64,000 bases of DNA from positions 3,793 to 67,792 of the forward strand of contig JBAZRJ010000003.1 of NCBI GenBank assembly GCA_041662985.1. The letters run 5' to 3'. The notes under the pieces were generated by a model that was not told the DNA's origin, made no database searches, and saw nothing but the letters and a program-made list of their open reading frames with translations. The translations under genes were made by a program, and so were the position numbers. This DNA is from Clostridia bacterium (GTDB taxonomy: Bacteria > Bacillota > Clostridia > Acetivibrionales > JBAZRJ01). Positions 18,962 to 28,298 of this stretch are shown one piece after another (position 1 is the stretch's first letter; each line of letters begins with the position of its first letter).

Positions 18962-19778
18962 TACCCGATACTATTTCCTTGAGTAATGCCGTGAAATTTT
19001 TCTCGACATTTTTCGCGGTTTCCAGCACTTCCAGATGGTTCAGTTTTTTATTTGCAATGCCGGCCGCCATATTTGTAATGCACGATATCCCCAAAACCTT
19101 TATCCCTGAATGTCTTGAAACAATAACCTCGGGAACCGTTGACATCCCGACCGCATCTGCCCCGATTATTCCAAGTGCCCTTATTTCTGCGGGGGTCTCA
19201 TACATAGGCCCCTGTGCAAATGCGTAAACACCTTTTTTTATACTGATATTTATTTTTTTAGCTGCGTTTTCTGCCGTTTTTACTAATTCCTTATCATAAG
19301 CTTCGCTCATGTCAAAAAATCTTAAGCCAAACTCAGGAATATTCGCGCCCCGAAGAGGTGAAGGAGCAAAAAAGCTGATATGGTCTGTGATAATCATTAA
19401 ATCTCCGCTTGAGAAGTCTTTATTTATGCCTCCTGCGGCATTTGTAAGAATAATTGTCTTGATACCGAGCAGCTTGAGCACCCTTATGTAAAAGGTCGCC
19501 TCCACCGTGTCATACCCCTCATAATAATGAAATCTGCCCTTTAATGCAATTATTTTCTTTCCGCAGAAACCACCTGCGATAAGCTTGCCATCGTGGCCTT
19601 CAACTGTCGTGACCGGAAAATTCAGTATGCTTTTGTAATCTATCTCTATGGCATTTTCTATTCCGTCTGCAAGAGAATTTAAACCCGAGCCCAAAACTAT
19701 TGCGATTTCAGGCTGAAAACCTACTATGTTTTTTATATACTCTGAACTCTCACAAGCTTTTTTATAGATTTCGTTCAT
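18954..19778 (-). CDS. Purine nucleoside phosphorylase, PunA-type (trimeric PNP family)
   Basis: IAIVLGSGL, GRFHYYEGY, and MSTVPEV. I moved the start to ATG 19778 because GGAGGAAGA lies just upstream. The longer ORF would overlap the upstream gene. Confidence 0.88.
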   Translation of the reverse strand: MNEIYKKACESSEYIKNIVGFQPEIAIVLGSGLNSLADGIENAIEIDYKSILNFPVTTVEGHDGKLIAGGFCGKKIIALKGRFHYYEGYDTVEATFYIRVLKLLGIKTIILTNAAGGINKDFSSGDLMIITDHISFFAPSPLRGANIPEFGLRFFDMSEAYDKELVKTAENAAKKINISIKKGVYAFAQGPMYETPAEIRALGIIGADAVGMSTVPEVIVSRHSGIKVLGISCITNMAAGIANKKLNHLEVLETAKNVEKNFTALLKEIVSGIV

Positions 19779-19834
19779 TATCTTCCTCCAAAAATTATTT
19801 AGGATATAGGTTTTGTAATTATTCTTTTCATTTT

Positions 19835-20965
19835 TTAAAAGAAATCGATTGGTGAAGGTATTGTAATCTGCTTCATGCAATCAAGCGCAAAAGAATCAGT
19901 CATGCCTGAAACATAGTCAGTCACAATTTGGGCAGGCTTATCTTTTTCATTAATATAAAAAGTGTCCATGCTTTCTATAAATGACCCGAAGGCTTTATCG
20001 AGCTTCTTGTCCCTGGTCTTATAAGCATTATAATCATTCCCGAGATTCTTGTATAATTCCTCTAAATATTCGAAAATTTCAAGTACAATTTTGTAGCAAT
20101 AAACTTTGTATTCTTCCATTTTTTCGTTCTTGTAAATATATTTGTAATTGAAGTTCCTCAATGCATCAAAAACCTCATATTTTTCATCCGAAAAGCAGAT
20201 TGAATCTTTGTCATGTGAGTTTTCAATCATATCGATTACAAGACTGTTTATAATCTGCCCGTTCGTATTGCCCAGCTCCTTTGCGACTTTTTGGGGAACA
20301 TCCTCCATACTCACAAGCTTAGCTAATATTGCATCCTCAATGTCTCTTCCCAAATAAGCGATTTTATCCGAAAATCTGACTATGCAACCTTCGTAGGAAC
20401 TTGGCATACAGCTTCTGTCACTTATATTTTCAAGATCGTTTTTTATGCTTACGGGTTTTAAAATCAGCTCTGATTTTTCTCCGTTGTGACAAATGATTCC
20501 GTCTTTAACTCCATAGGTTAAATCCAGACCTCTCCCGTCGTTGGCAAGGTGTTCAACAACCCTGTAGCTGTTCAATTCGTGCATGAAAGCTTTCTCATCG
20601 CCCAGTTTTTTCGCAAGAACTTCCTCTCCTGCATGCCCGAAAGGCGCATGTCCCAAATCGTGTCCGAGTCCTATAGCATAAGCCATTTCAATGTCCAAAT
20701 CCCATCCGTAAGAAATAAGCCCTTTACAGATAGTTGCCGCAATTGTTGCGACATGCAGAACATGTTCAATTCTTGTACAAATATGGTCATTGTCTGGTGA
20801 AAAAAATACCTGCGTTTTATGCTTCAGTCTCCTGAAAGGCATAGAATGAATTATTGCAGTCTGGTCGCGAAAATATTCACCGCGGACATCCACATCTCTT
20901 CTTGATGTTCTTTCAAGATAAACACCTTTATCCAGAGGGTTTTTCATACTTGTCTTCCCTTTCAA
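19835..20965 (-). CDS. dGTP triphosphohydrolase-like HD-domain protein
   Basis: FRRLKHKTQVF, RIEHVLHVA, and the HD motif GHDLGHAPFGH. Confidence 0.85.
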   Translation of the reverse strand: MKGKTSMKNPLDKGVYLERTSRRDVDVRGEYFRDQTAIIHSMPFRRLKHKTQVFFSPDNDHICTRIEHVLHVATIAATICKGLISYGWDLDIEMAYAIGLGHDLGHAPFGHAGEEVLAKKLGDEKAFMHELNSYRVVEHLANDGRGLDLTYGVKDGIICHNGEKSELILKPVSIKNDLENISDRSCMPSSYEGCIVRFSDKIAYLGRDIEDAILAKLVSMEDVPQKVAKELGNTNGQIINSLVIDMIENSHDKDSICFSDEKYEVFDALRNFNYKYIYKNEKMEEYKVYCYKIVLEIFEYLEELYKNLGNDYNAYKTRDKKLDKAFGSFIESMDTFYINEKDKPAQIVTDYVSGMTDSFALDCMKQITIPSPIDFF

Positions 20966-21026
20966 TATATTTAACCCGGTGTCGGAGTGTCGTAATTCTT
21001 CGCAGACACCTAAAACCCAACGGTTT

Positions 21027-21839
21027 TTAGTCGCGCTTTAATGGCAGCTTTTCAATGAAGTTTGGAATCATTTTGTCCCAATAAGCCCAATTATGTGCGC
21101 CCGGACCTTCTTCGTATATAAAATCCAGTCCTAAATCTTCACAATGCTTCTTATATTTCAAATTATCTTCGTGCAGATCATATTTTACACCCTCGACAAA
21201 AAGAAAATCTTCAGTTCCGTCATATTGGCAAAACAAAGGCTTTTCGCCCTTAAATTCAGCGAACTTCTTTGTCATCAGGAAAATATCATCTTTATCGTCA
21301 ACGACTTTCTTTTCGTAATTGAATACTAAATTTAAATCCTTGAAATCGTCATAATCTTTTAATACACTTAATCTGTTTATATCAAGAACTCCCGAGAAAC
21401 TTCCTACAGCCGCATATCGCTCAGGATAAGTTAACCCAAGCTTCATGGCTCCATAACCGCCCATTGAAACTCCCGCGACAAAATTATCTTCTCTTTTGGC
21501 TGACAGATGAAAGAATTCACGTGCGATTTTTGGAACTTCTTCGCTTATAAATGTCCAGTATTTATAGCCCTTATCCATATCGCAGTAAAAACTTCTGCCC
21601 GCATTCGGCATAACAACCGCAATGCCGGCTTCGGCAACATATCTCTCAATCGAAGTTCTTCTCTGCCATATTGTATGGTCATCGGATAATCCGTGCAGTA
21701 GATAAAGCGTCGGGTGAAGTTTCTCAAAAACATTGCTCTCCATTCCAATCTGACTCATTGCACCCTGCGGCAGAATAACATCCATTGATGTCTGAACCTT
21801 CAATACTTCAGAAAAAAAATTGCAGTGAATCAATGCCAT
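21027..21839 (-). CDS. Esterase-D family serine hydrolase (putative esterase)
   Basis: LYLLHGLSDDH, the nucleophile elbow GVSMGGYGA, and a late H in GPGAHNW. Confidence 0.8.
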   Translation of the reverse strand: MALIHCNFFSEVLKVQTSMDVILPQGAMSQIGMESNVFEKLHPTLYLLHGLSDDHTIWQRRTSIERYVAEAGIAVVMPNAGRSFYCDMDKGYKYWTFISEEVPKIAREFFHLSAKREDNFVAGVSMGGYGAMKLGLTYPERYAAVGSFSGVLDINRLSVLKDYDDFKDLNLVFNYEKKVVDDKDDIFLMTKKFAEFKGEKPLFCQYDGTEDFLFVEGVKYDLHEDNLKYKKHCEDLGLDFIYEEGPGAHNWAYWDKMIPNFIEKLPLKRD

Positions 21840-21899
21840 ATAATTCCCTTCCTCTTTACGTAAATTTAAAATCTTAGTTTTTTTTATTCGATGTTTTTA

Positions 21900-22661
21900 T
21901 TATTCGACGATTCTGTTCTTGTTTCTTACATACACATGCTTGATTCTTGAGTCATTCGAGTCTCTTTCCTCGATTTCAAACTGCTTTTGCCTTTTCATCA
22001 AATGTGTCAGCTTATAAAATCCGAAGTTTCTTGGGTCGAAATCAGGTTGTTTTTTAATTATAAGATTGCCGACATCTGCCAGAAAAGCCCATCCATTCTC
22101 GTCTGCGACATCATTAATAGACATTTCAATCAGATTGAGAATTTCGTCATTAATTAATTGCGTGGTATGCTTTTGTTCTCTCTCTTGTATACCATTACTT
22201 TTTATTTCCATTTCTTTTTTCAACGGTGCAATTATTTCAATATAAGTGAACTTATCGCATGCCGCGATAAAAGGGCTCGGTGTCTTTCTCTCACCGATTC
22301 CGTAAACCTTCATTCCCGCTTCGCGCAACCTGGTCGCAAGCCTTGTGAAATCGCTGTCGCTCGATATTATGCAAAAACCCTCTACCTTTTCGGAATATAA
22401 AATATCCATTGCATCTATTATCATTGCCGAATCCGTGGCGTTCTTACCCGTCGTGTAACTATACTGCTGTATAGGTGTTATCGCATTTTCAAGTAAAACG
22501 TTTTTCCAGCCCGAAACCGTAGGTTTTGTCCAGTCGGCGTATATTCTCTTTATCGTAGGTGTTCCGTACTTCGCAATTTCCTCCATCATACCTTTTACAT
22601 TGCTGTATGGAACATTGTCAGCATCTATAAGTACTGCCAATCTTAGTTCTTTTAAATCCAT
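21900..22661 (-). CDS. NYN (LabA-like) nuclease-fold domain protein with C-terminal OST-HTH/LOTUS domain
   Basis: LAVLIDADNV, YADW, and IISSDSDFTRLATRLREAG are typical of NYN. The C-terminal ~70 aa (WAFLADVGNLI...FGFYKLTHLM) looks like OST-HTH. Start set at MDLKEL (22661). Confidence 0.75.
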   Translation of the reverse strand: MDLKELRLAVLIDADNVPYSNVKGMMEEIAKYGTPTIKRIYADWTKPTVSGWKNVLLENAITPIQQYSYTTGKNATDSAMIIDAMDILYSEKVEGFCIISSDSDFTRLATRLREAGMKVYGIGERKTPSPFIAACDKFTYIEIIAPLKKEMEIKSNGIQEREQKHTTQLINDEILNLIEMSINDVADENGWAFLADVGNLIIKKQPDFDPRNFGFYKLTHLMKRQKQFEIEERDSNDSRIKHVYVRNKNRIVE

Positions 22662-22674
22662 TTTGTATCTCCCC

Positions 22675-23298
22675 TCAATTTGCCTTTTTTGCAATTAATA
22701 CAAATACATTATACACCTTATCGCCACTGTGTTCCCGTTTCATTTCGAAGCAGAACTTATAATGAATAGTATTAAGTCCTAAATTTTCTAACTTTTGTTC
22801 CAAATCACCTCGGTTGAAGCCTTTGTGGCCTTCAAAGTCTTTGCCGTGGAAAGAGCCGTCTTCCTCATCCAGGTCTGCTATGCAAAGATAACTTCCGACA
22901 TTCAGCATTTCACTGAATTTTTCCAACACAACATCAACTTCAATTATATGATGTAAAGTCATCGATGTATAGATGATATCGAACTTTTCGTCGATTATAG
23001 AATCGGCCGTCAAATCAAGATTTATCGGAAACATATTGTCGATTCCGGAATCTTTGACTTTGTCCTTCAATACGGCAATCATACCATCCGAATTGTCTGC
23101 CATCTTGATGCTTTTCAAATCGCTGTGCAGATTGAAGCTCAGCAGTCCTGTGCCGCAGCCGTATTCAAGCCCTTTCATTCCTTTTGTAAGAGAAATGCTC
23201 TGCTTGATATAATCTGCAACGCAGCCCGCTCTCGCCACCTTCATCGGGTCATTGTCCCAGGTTAGTGCTCTTTCGTCAAAGTCATTCGTTTTTGTCAT
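22675..23298 (-). CDS. Class I SAM-dependent methyltransferase
   Basis: Motif I LEYGCGTGLLS, and an acidic motif II/post-I region. Start set at ATG 23298 (MTKTND), with AAGGCGGA upstream. Confidence 0.8.
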   Translation of the reverse strand: MTKTNDFDERALTWDNDPMKVARAGCVADYIKQSISLTKGMKGLEYGCGTGLLSFNLHSDLKSIKMADNSDGMIAVLKDKVKDSGIDNMFPINLDLTADSIIDEKFDIIYTSMTLHHIIEVDVVLEKFSEMLNVGSYLCIADLDEEDGSFHGKDFEGHKGFNRGDLEQKLENLGLNTIHYKFCFEMKREHSGDKVYNVFVLIAKKAN

Positions 23299-23314
23299 TT
23301 TATTTTCCGCCTTT

Positions 23315-24016
23315 TTAATTCGCTTTTTTAATATCATTTAACCCCTTATCCTTTAATCTCTTTTTGTTTTCTTCATCCATTTTTAATTTATTTGAATCAA
23401 TATACCTTCTGTTGTTTTGTCTCCAAGTGCTTCTGTCATAAATGTATACTGAAACAAACCCAATTAAAGTTCCAATGATAACTCCAATCAAAGAAAGAAC
23501 ATCCATTTCCCTTTTTATAATAATCTTTAGAAGAACTAAGATTACGATTACACCGATAAAATTTAAAAAAGCTAATAAATTTCCGCCGATTATTTTTAGG
23601 TTATAAGATCTCTTTCCTTTGGCGTATATTAATTCCCATTCCTGCTTTTTTTGCATTTCAATTGCAAGGAGTTTTTCATCTTCTGTTTTTGGTCCCAACC
23701 CTGTATTTAAAGAAATTCCGTCAATAAAGCAGTCATATTTCAACCGGTCATTTTCAGGGGTATCTATAAAGGGATAGCGGGAATCTATTTCAATCTCAAC
23801 TTTTACATCGTCAAGCTCAAAGGAATACATTTCGTCTTTTCTTAAAAAGGCTGTAAATTTCAATATCTTCAGCACATTATCAATGAATATCTTTCTCTTT
23901 CCCTTATGCATCCGTTCTTGCAGTTCTATCATATGACTTTTTCCTTCAATGGAAAAATTCCAGATTACTTTCTTGGTTTTTTTATTCACCTTTTCAAAAT
24001 TAACCGTCCCATCCAT
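23315..24016 (-). CDS. Hypothetical membrane protein: N-terminal beta-rich domain, two C-terminal TM helices
   Basis: Strong AGGAGGA SD. The N-terminal segment WNFSIEGKSHMIELQERMHKGKRKIFID resembles the FAIM1-type signature, from memory only. TM helices are at LLAFLNFIGVIVILVLL and LSLIGVIIGTLIGFVSVYI. Confidence 0.6.
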   Translation of the reverse strand: MDGTVNFEKVNKKTKKVIWNFSIEGKSHMIELQERMHKGKRKIFIDNVLKILKFTAFLRKDEMYSFELDDVKVEIEIDSRYPFIDTPENDRLKYDCFIDGISLNTGLGPKTEDEKLLAIEMQKKQEWELIYAKGKRSYNLKIIGGNLLAFLNFIGVIVILVLLKIIIKREMDVLSLIGVIIGTLIGFVSVYIYDRSTWRQNNRRYIDSNKLKMDEENKKRLKDKGLNDIKKAN

Positions 24017-24248
24017 TCGAGTATCCTCCTGCTTTGTCTTAAATTAAAGTTTTACCCGTTCGTTCAACCGTTTTATTCCCCGACAAGCCAGGTCTTTGCA
24101 ACCTCGGGATAGTCAAAATAAAGGGAAAACAAACTTTCCGGAGATTTTATTTTATTCAATCAGCACTTCTTCTTTAGTAAAATTCAATTTCAAGTTTCAT
24201 AACTTTAGTTACTTATAATAATACTATCTCAGCCTTATATTGGCAAAT

Positions 24249-24273
24249 AAAAAGCCCGATTTTTCAATCGAGC
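24249..24273 (-). terminator. Rho-independent terminator after yqeY
   Basis: The minus strand reads GCTCGAT-TGAAAA-ATCGGGC followed by TTTTTATTT. Confidence 0.55.
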
Positions 24274-24719
24274 TTTCCTTCTAAAAGTTTTTTTGATATT
24301 TCATTAATCATTCTGCCGTCCGCTTTGCCTTTGACCTTCGGCATTACTTCCTGCATAATCTTTCCGATTTCTCTCATTGAGCTTGCCCCGGTGCTTTCGA
24401 CTGCTTCTTTGATAATTGCTTCGAGTTCGCTCTCTGTAAGCTGTTCCGGTAAATATTTAAGCAATATCTTTATTTCTGAGTTAATATCATCTATGAGATC
24501 CTGCCTGTTGCTCTTTTCGTAGTCCGGAAGTGAATCTCTTCTTCTTTTGACTTCCTTAGATATTATTTCCAATATACCGTTATCATCGAGAGTTATCTTT
24601 TTGTCCTTTTCAATCTGAAGTACCGCCGCTCTTACCAGTTGGACCGTATCCTTTTTTATTCTGTCCTTCTCCCTCATGGCGTCTTTCATATCTTCGAGCA
24701 GTTTTTCTTTTAGGGACAT
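24264..24719 (-). CDS. GatB/YqeY domain protein
   Basis: LKEKLLEDMKDAMREKD and AVLQIEKD are characteristic YqeY N-terminal sequence. It lies directly downstream of rpsU, as in many Firmicutes. Confidence 0.88.
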   Translation of the reverse strand: MSLKEKLLEDMKDAMREKDRIKKDTVQLVRAAVLQIEKDKKITLDDNGILEIISKEVKRRRDSLPDYEKSNRQDLIDDINSEIKILLKYLPEQLTESELEAIIKEAVESTGASSMREIGKIMQEVMPKVKGKADGRMINEISKKLLEGKLD

Positions 24720-24732
24720 ATCTTATTGCCTC

Positions 24733-24909
24733 CTATTTAAACTTTCTTTTTCTTGCAGCCTCAGATTTTTTCTTCCTCTTAACGCTTGGCTTTTCGTAAT
24801 GTTCTCTTTTTCTAACCTCTGCTAAAACGCCGGATTTGGCGCACGACCTCTTAAACCTCTTAAGAGCACTATCAAGAGACTCATTCTCTTTAACTCTGAC
24901 TTCAGACAT
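24733..24909 (-). CDS. rpsU: 30S ribosomal protein S21
   Basis: [21 protein letters not shown]...[13 protein letters not shown] is a near-textbook S21. Start set at the internal ATG 24909. Confidence 0.93.
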   Translation of the reverse strand: MSEVRVKENESLDSALKRFKRSCAKSGVLAEVRKREHYEKPSVKRKKKSEAARKRKFK

Positions 24910-25059
24910 GTATTTCCCTCCCCTCGATAGTAACAATTATGCCAGGAATAAGCTGCATCTGTTGTTCCGCCTTCAAAACTAAGTGTTACCGAATACGGCA
25001 CATCCTATATTATATATTATATTCGAAAATAAAGTCAATATAACTGAGAAATAAAGCTT

Positions 25060-25407
25060 TTATAATATTTTGGCACCTAAAAATTTCCCTCCCAGCAAAT
25101 GATAATGCAGATGATTCACTGATTGTCCCGCATCCCTGCCGCAGTTGTTTATGAGCCTGTATCCTTTATCATATATACCCAGCTTCTCCGCCACCTTGTT
25201 TGCCGCGTAATGAATGGCAACGAGGTACTCGGAGTTGCCGTCATTAAGCTCCTGTATACTGCCTATATGGAGCTTGGGAACAATCAAAACATGAATCGGA
25301 GCCTCCGGCTTGATGTCCTTAAAAACAACAATCTTATCGTTCTCATACACCATATCCGACGGTATCTGCCCGTTAATTATTTTGCAAAATAAACAATCAT
25401 CCATCAA
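25060..25407 (-). CDS. HIT-family (histidine triad) nucleotide-binding protein
   Basis: CLFCKI zinc-ribbon-like N-terminus and the HIT motif HLHYHLLGG. Confidence 0.9.
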   Translation of the reverse strand: MMDDCLFCKIINGQIPSDMVYENDKIVVFKDIKPEAPIHVLIVPKLHIGSIQELNDGNSEYLVAIHYAANKVAEKLGIYDKGYRLINNCGRDAGQSVNHLHYHLLGGKFLGAKIL

Positions 25408-25473
25408 AATCGCTTCCTTTCAATCAAATAAATCATCAGATTATAAAAAATTTTCATTGCCTTGATACTAATA

Positions 25474-28113
25474 TCACTTCAATTGGTCTTCAATAATTTT
25501 AACAGCGGCTTTCAGCGCCTCGTCAATCTTCGAAACGTCTTTGCCCCCTGCCTGAGCCATGTCAGGCCGGCCGCCTCCGCCTCCTCCGGTTATCTTTGCG
25601 ACTTCTCTGATAATGTTTCCGGAATGAGCTCCCCTTTGAATCACGTCTGGTGTTGCCATTACGACGAAATTTACTTTATCCCCAATGCTTCCTCCAAGAA
25701 CTATTATTCCCGACCCAAGCTTTCCTTTGAGCATGTCTCCTGTGTTTCTCAAAGCATCCATATCGAGTTGGTCGTAGCGGGCGCACAGAACTTTGACACC
25801 CTTTATTTCAATAACATTTGACAATACATCTGCGGCTGAACTCCTGACAAGCTTTGTCTGCAATCTCTCGAGTTCCTTTTCCGCTTTTTTTAATTCTGCC
25901 GACATCGTTTCAATTCTTTTCAACGCTTCATTCGGTGCGGTCTTTAAGGTTGCGGCAACCTCATTCAGCGTCTTTTCTTTCTCAATATAGTATTCCATTG
26001 CCGATTCGCCTGTAAGTGCTTCAATCCTTCTTACGCCTGCTGCAACACCGCTCTCGCCGAGTATCTTAATCAAGCTCGCCTGTGAGGTGTTGGTCAGATG
26101 CGTTCCTCCGCATAATTCCATGCTGTAATTATCAATTTTCACCACTCTTACGACATCTCCGTATTTTTCGCCGAACAATGCCACGGCACCTGCTTTTTTT
26201 GCCTCTTTGACAGACATTTCATTTGTCTCGACCGGCAATGCCTCAAGGATTTTTTGATTGATTTCCTTCTCTATTTTCGATAATTCATCCATTGTAATCG
26301 GAGAAAAATGTTTAAAATCGAACCTAAGCCTCTCGGAATCAACCATGGAACCCGACTGTTCAATATGTGAGCCAAGCGTATTCCTTAATGCCTTTTGCAA
26401 GAGATGCGTCGCCGTGTGATTTCTGGCAATAGCCATACGTCTCTTAGCATCAACTTCGGTTTTAACTGAATCTCCGCTTTTAATCGAACCCTTTTTAATC
26501 AAACCTGTGTGCAGGAATTTTCCATCGGCCGTTTTCTTGCATCCATCTATCTTTATCAATACGTCAGCTGTTTTTATAACGCCGATATCCCCTGCCTGTC
26601 CGCCGCTTTCCGCATAGAAAGAAGTCTTGTCCAAAATTACCGTCACAAAGTCGCCTTCACGCGCAATGTCAACTATTTCATTGTCTTTTGCAATAACAAG
26701 GATTTTCCCTTCGGCTGTAAATGAAGTGTAGCCTGCGAATTCAGTCTTAAGACTCTTGTCTGCTTTTGAAAACAAGCCTTCGCTCCAGGCTGCGGCGCCC
26801 TTGTTCTTTAAAGCTTCTCTTCCTTTTTCTTTTTGTCCGGTCATCAGGGCATCAAAACCTTTCCCGTCAATTTCGAGTCCGTTTTCTGATGCTATTTCCT
26901 TTGTCAGATCAAGAGGAAATCCGAAAGTATCGTGAAGTTTGAACACAACATCTCCTGAGATTGTCTTTTCCTTCTTCTCTTTGCATTTGGAAATATATTC
27001 ATTCAGGATAGTCAAACCCTGGTCAATCGTAATCTCGAAGCGTTCCTCCTCAGTTTTGATAACCTTTAATATGTAGTCTGATTTTTCCTTCAATTCGGGA
27101 TATGCCTGCTTTGATTCCTCAATGACAGTCATTGCGACTCTATACAGAAATGTTTCGTTTATTCCGATTAGTTTTCCGTGTCTTGCCGCGCGTCTCAAAA
27201 GTCTTCTCAGTACATATCCTCTGCCTTCGTTTGATGGAATGACTCCGTCGCAGACCATCATTGTGGTACTTCTGATATGGTCTGTTATTACACGCACTGA
27301 AATATCTGTCTTTTCTGATTTTCCGTATTCGATTTTTGCAATTTTACATATATGGTTTAACACATTTTTTATAGTGTCGACTTCGAAAAGGCTGTCAACA
27401 CCCTGCATTATGCAAGCCAGTCTTTCCAGTCCAAGACCTGTGTCAATGTTCGGATGTGCCAATTTTGTATAACTGCCGTCTTCGCCTTTATTGAACTGAG
27501 TGAAAACATTATTCCAGAATTCAATATATCTGTCGCAGTCGCAGCCAACCTTACACTTGGAATGTCCGCATCCTTTATCCAGTCCTCTGTCAAAATAAAT
27601 TTCAGAGCTGGGTCCGCAGGGACCAATGCCATGCTCCCAGAAATTGTCCTCTTTTCCCATCCTGACAATCTTGTCCTTCGATACCCCGACTTCGTTTGCC
27701 CATATATCAAATGCCTCATCATCGTCTTCATATATTGAAATCCAAAGTAATTCCTTTGGTATTTTTAAGTCCTCGGTTATGAATTCCCAAGCCCATGCAA
27801 TAGCTTCCTTTTTGAAATAATCGCCGAAAGAAAAATTTCCGAGCATTTCAAAAAAAGTGCCGTGTCTGGCGGTTTTACCCACATTTTCAATATCTGGAGT
27901 TCTGATACACTTCTGACAGGTCGTTATTCTTTTGCTCGGAGGCTCCTGCTCACCCGTAAAATATGGTTTCAACGGCGCCATACCTGAATTTATCAACAAA
28001 AGACTCGGGTCGTCCCGCGGAATTAGCGAAAAGCTCGGAAGTCTCAAATGATCCTTGCTTTCAAAGAATTTTAAAAATCTTTCTCTCAGTTCGTTTAACC
28101 CGACTTTTTGCAT
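25474..28113 (-). CDS. alaS: Alanine--tRNA ligase
   Basis: Class II core (FFESKDH, FEMLGNFSFGDYF), editing-domain HTATHLL and CGGTH, and a C-terminal GGGGGRPDMAQAGG DHHA1 motif. Start uncertain: ATG 28113 or TTG 28125. Confidence 0.95.
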   Translation of the reverse strand: MQKVGLNELRERFLKFFESKDHLRLPSFSLIPRDDPSLLLINSGMAPLKPYFTGEQEPPSKRITTCQKCIRTPDIENVGKTARHGTFFEMLGNFSFGDYFKKEAIAWAWEFITEDLKIPKELLWISIYEDDDEAFDIWANEVGVSKDKIVRMGKEDNFWEHGIGPCGPSSEIYFDRGLDKGCGHSKCKVGCDCDRYIEFWNNVFTQFNKGEDGSYTKLAHPNIDTGLGLERLACIMQGVDSLFEVDTIKNVLNHICKIAKIEYGKSEKTDISVRVITDHIRSTTMMVCDGVIPSNEGRGYVLRRLLRRAARHGKLIGINETFLYRVAMTVIEESKQAYPELKEKSDYILKVIKTEEERFEITIDQGLTILNEYISKCKEKKEKTISGDVVFKLHDTFGFPLDLTKEIASENGLEIDGKGFDALMTGQKEKGREALKNKGAAAWSEGLFSKADKSLKTEFAGYTSFTAEGKILVIAKDNEIVDIAREGDFVTVILDKTSFYAESGGQAGDIGVIKTADVLIKIDGCKKTADGKFLHTGLIKKGSIKSGDSVKTEVDAKRRMAIARNHTATHLLQKALRNTLGSHIEQSGSMVDSERLRFDFKHFSPITMDELSKIEKEINQKILEALPVETNEMSVKEAKKAGAVALFGEKYGDVVRVVKIDNYSMELCGGTHLTNTSQASLIKILGESGVAAGVRRIEALTGESAMEYYIEKEKTLNEVAATLKTAPNEALKRIETMSAELKKAEKELERLQTKLVRSSAADVLSNVIEIKGVKVLCARYDQLDMDALRNTGDMLKGKLGSGIIVLGGSIGDKVNFVVMATPDVIQRGAHSGNIIREVAKITGGGGGGRPDMAQAGGKDVSKIDEALKAAVKIIEDQLK

Positions 28114-28298
28114 TAATCCAATCAATCCTTTCGTGTGTTCAGGCGCTAATAATCAAGCTTTTGCATAGTTATAATATATAAGAGTAGCATATCCGTGTCA
28201 AGTTTACAATGCATCGCAAGATACCTGATTTAACTTGCATTTAGCGTGGTAAATCACATATAATGTCCATATAGTTTTGATTTTTGAAAGGAATTCCT

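Noticed and set aside
24017-24263. Possible c-di-GMP-I (GEMM) riboswitch in the 247-nt leader of the membrane-protein operon (GAGGUUGCAAAGACCUGGC resembles the ACGCAAAGC element).
   Set aside because: There is no GGCAAAC/GNRA-tetraloop hairpin partner and no convincing P1. The resemblance is limited to one short string.
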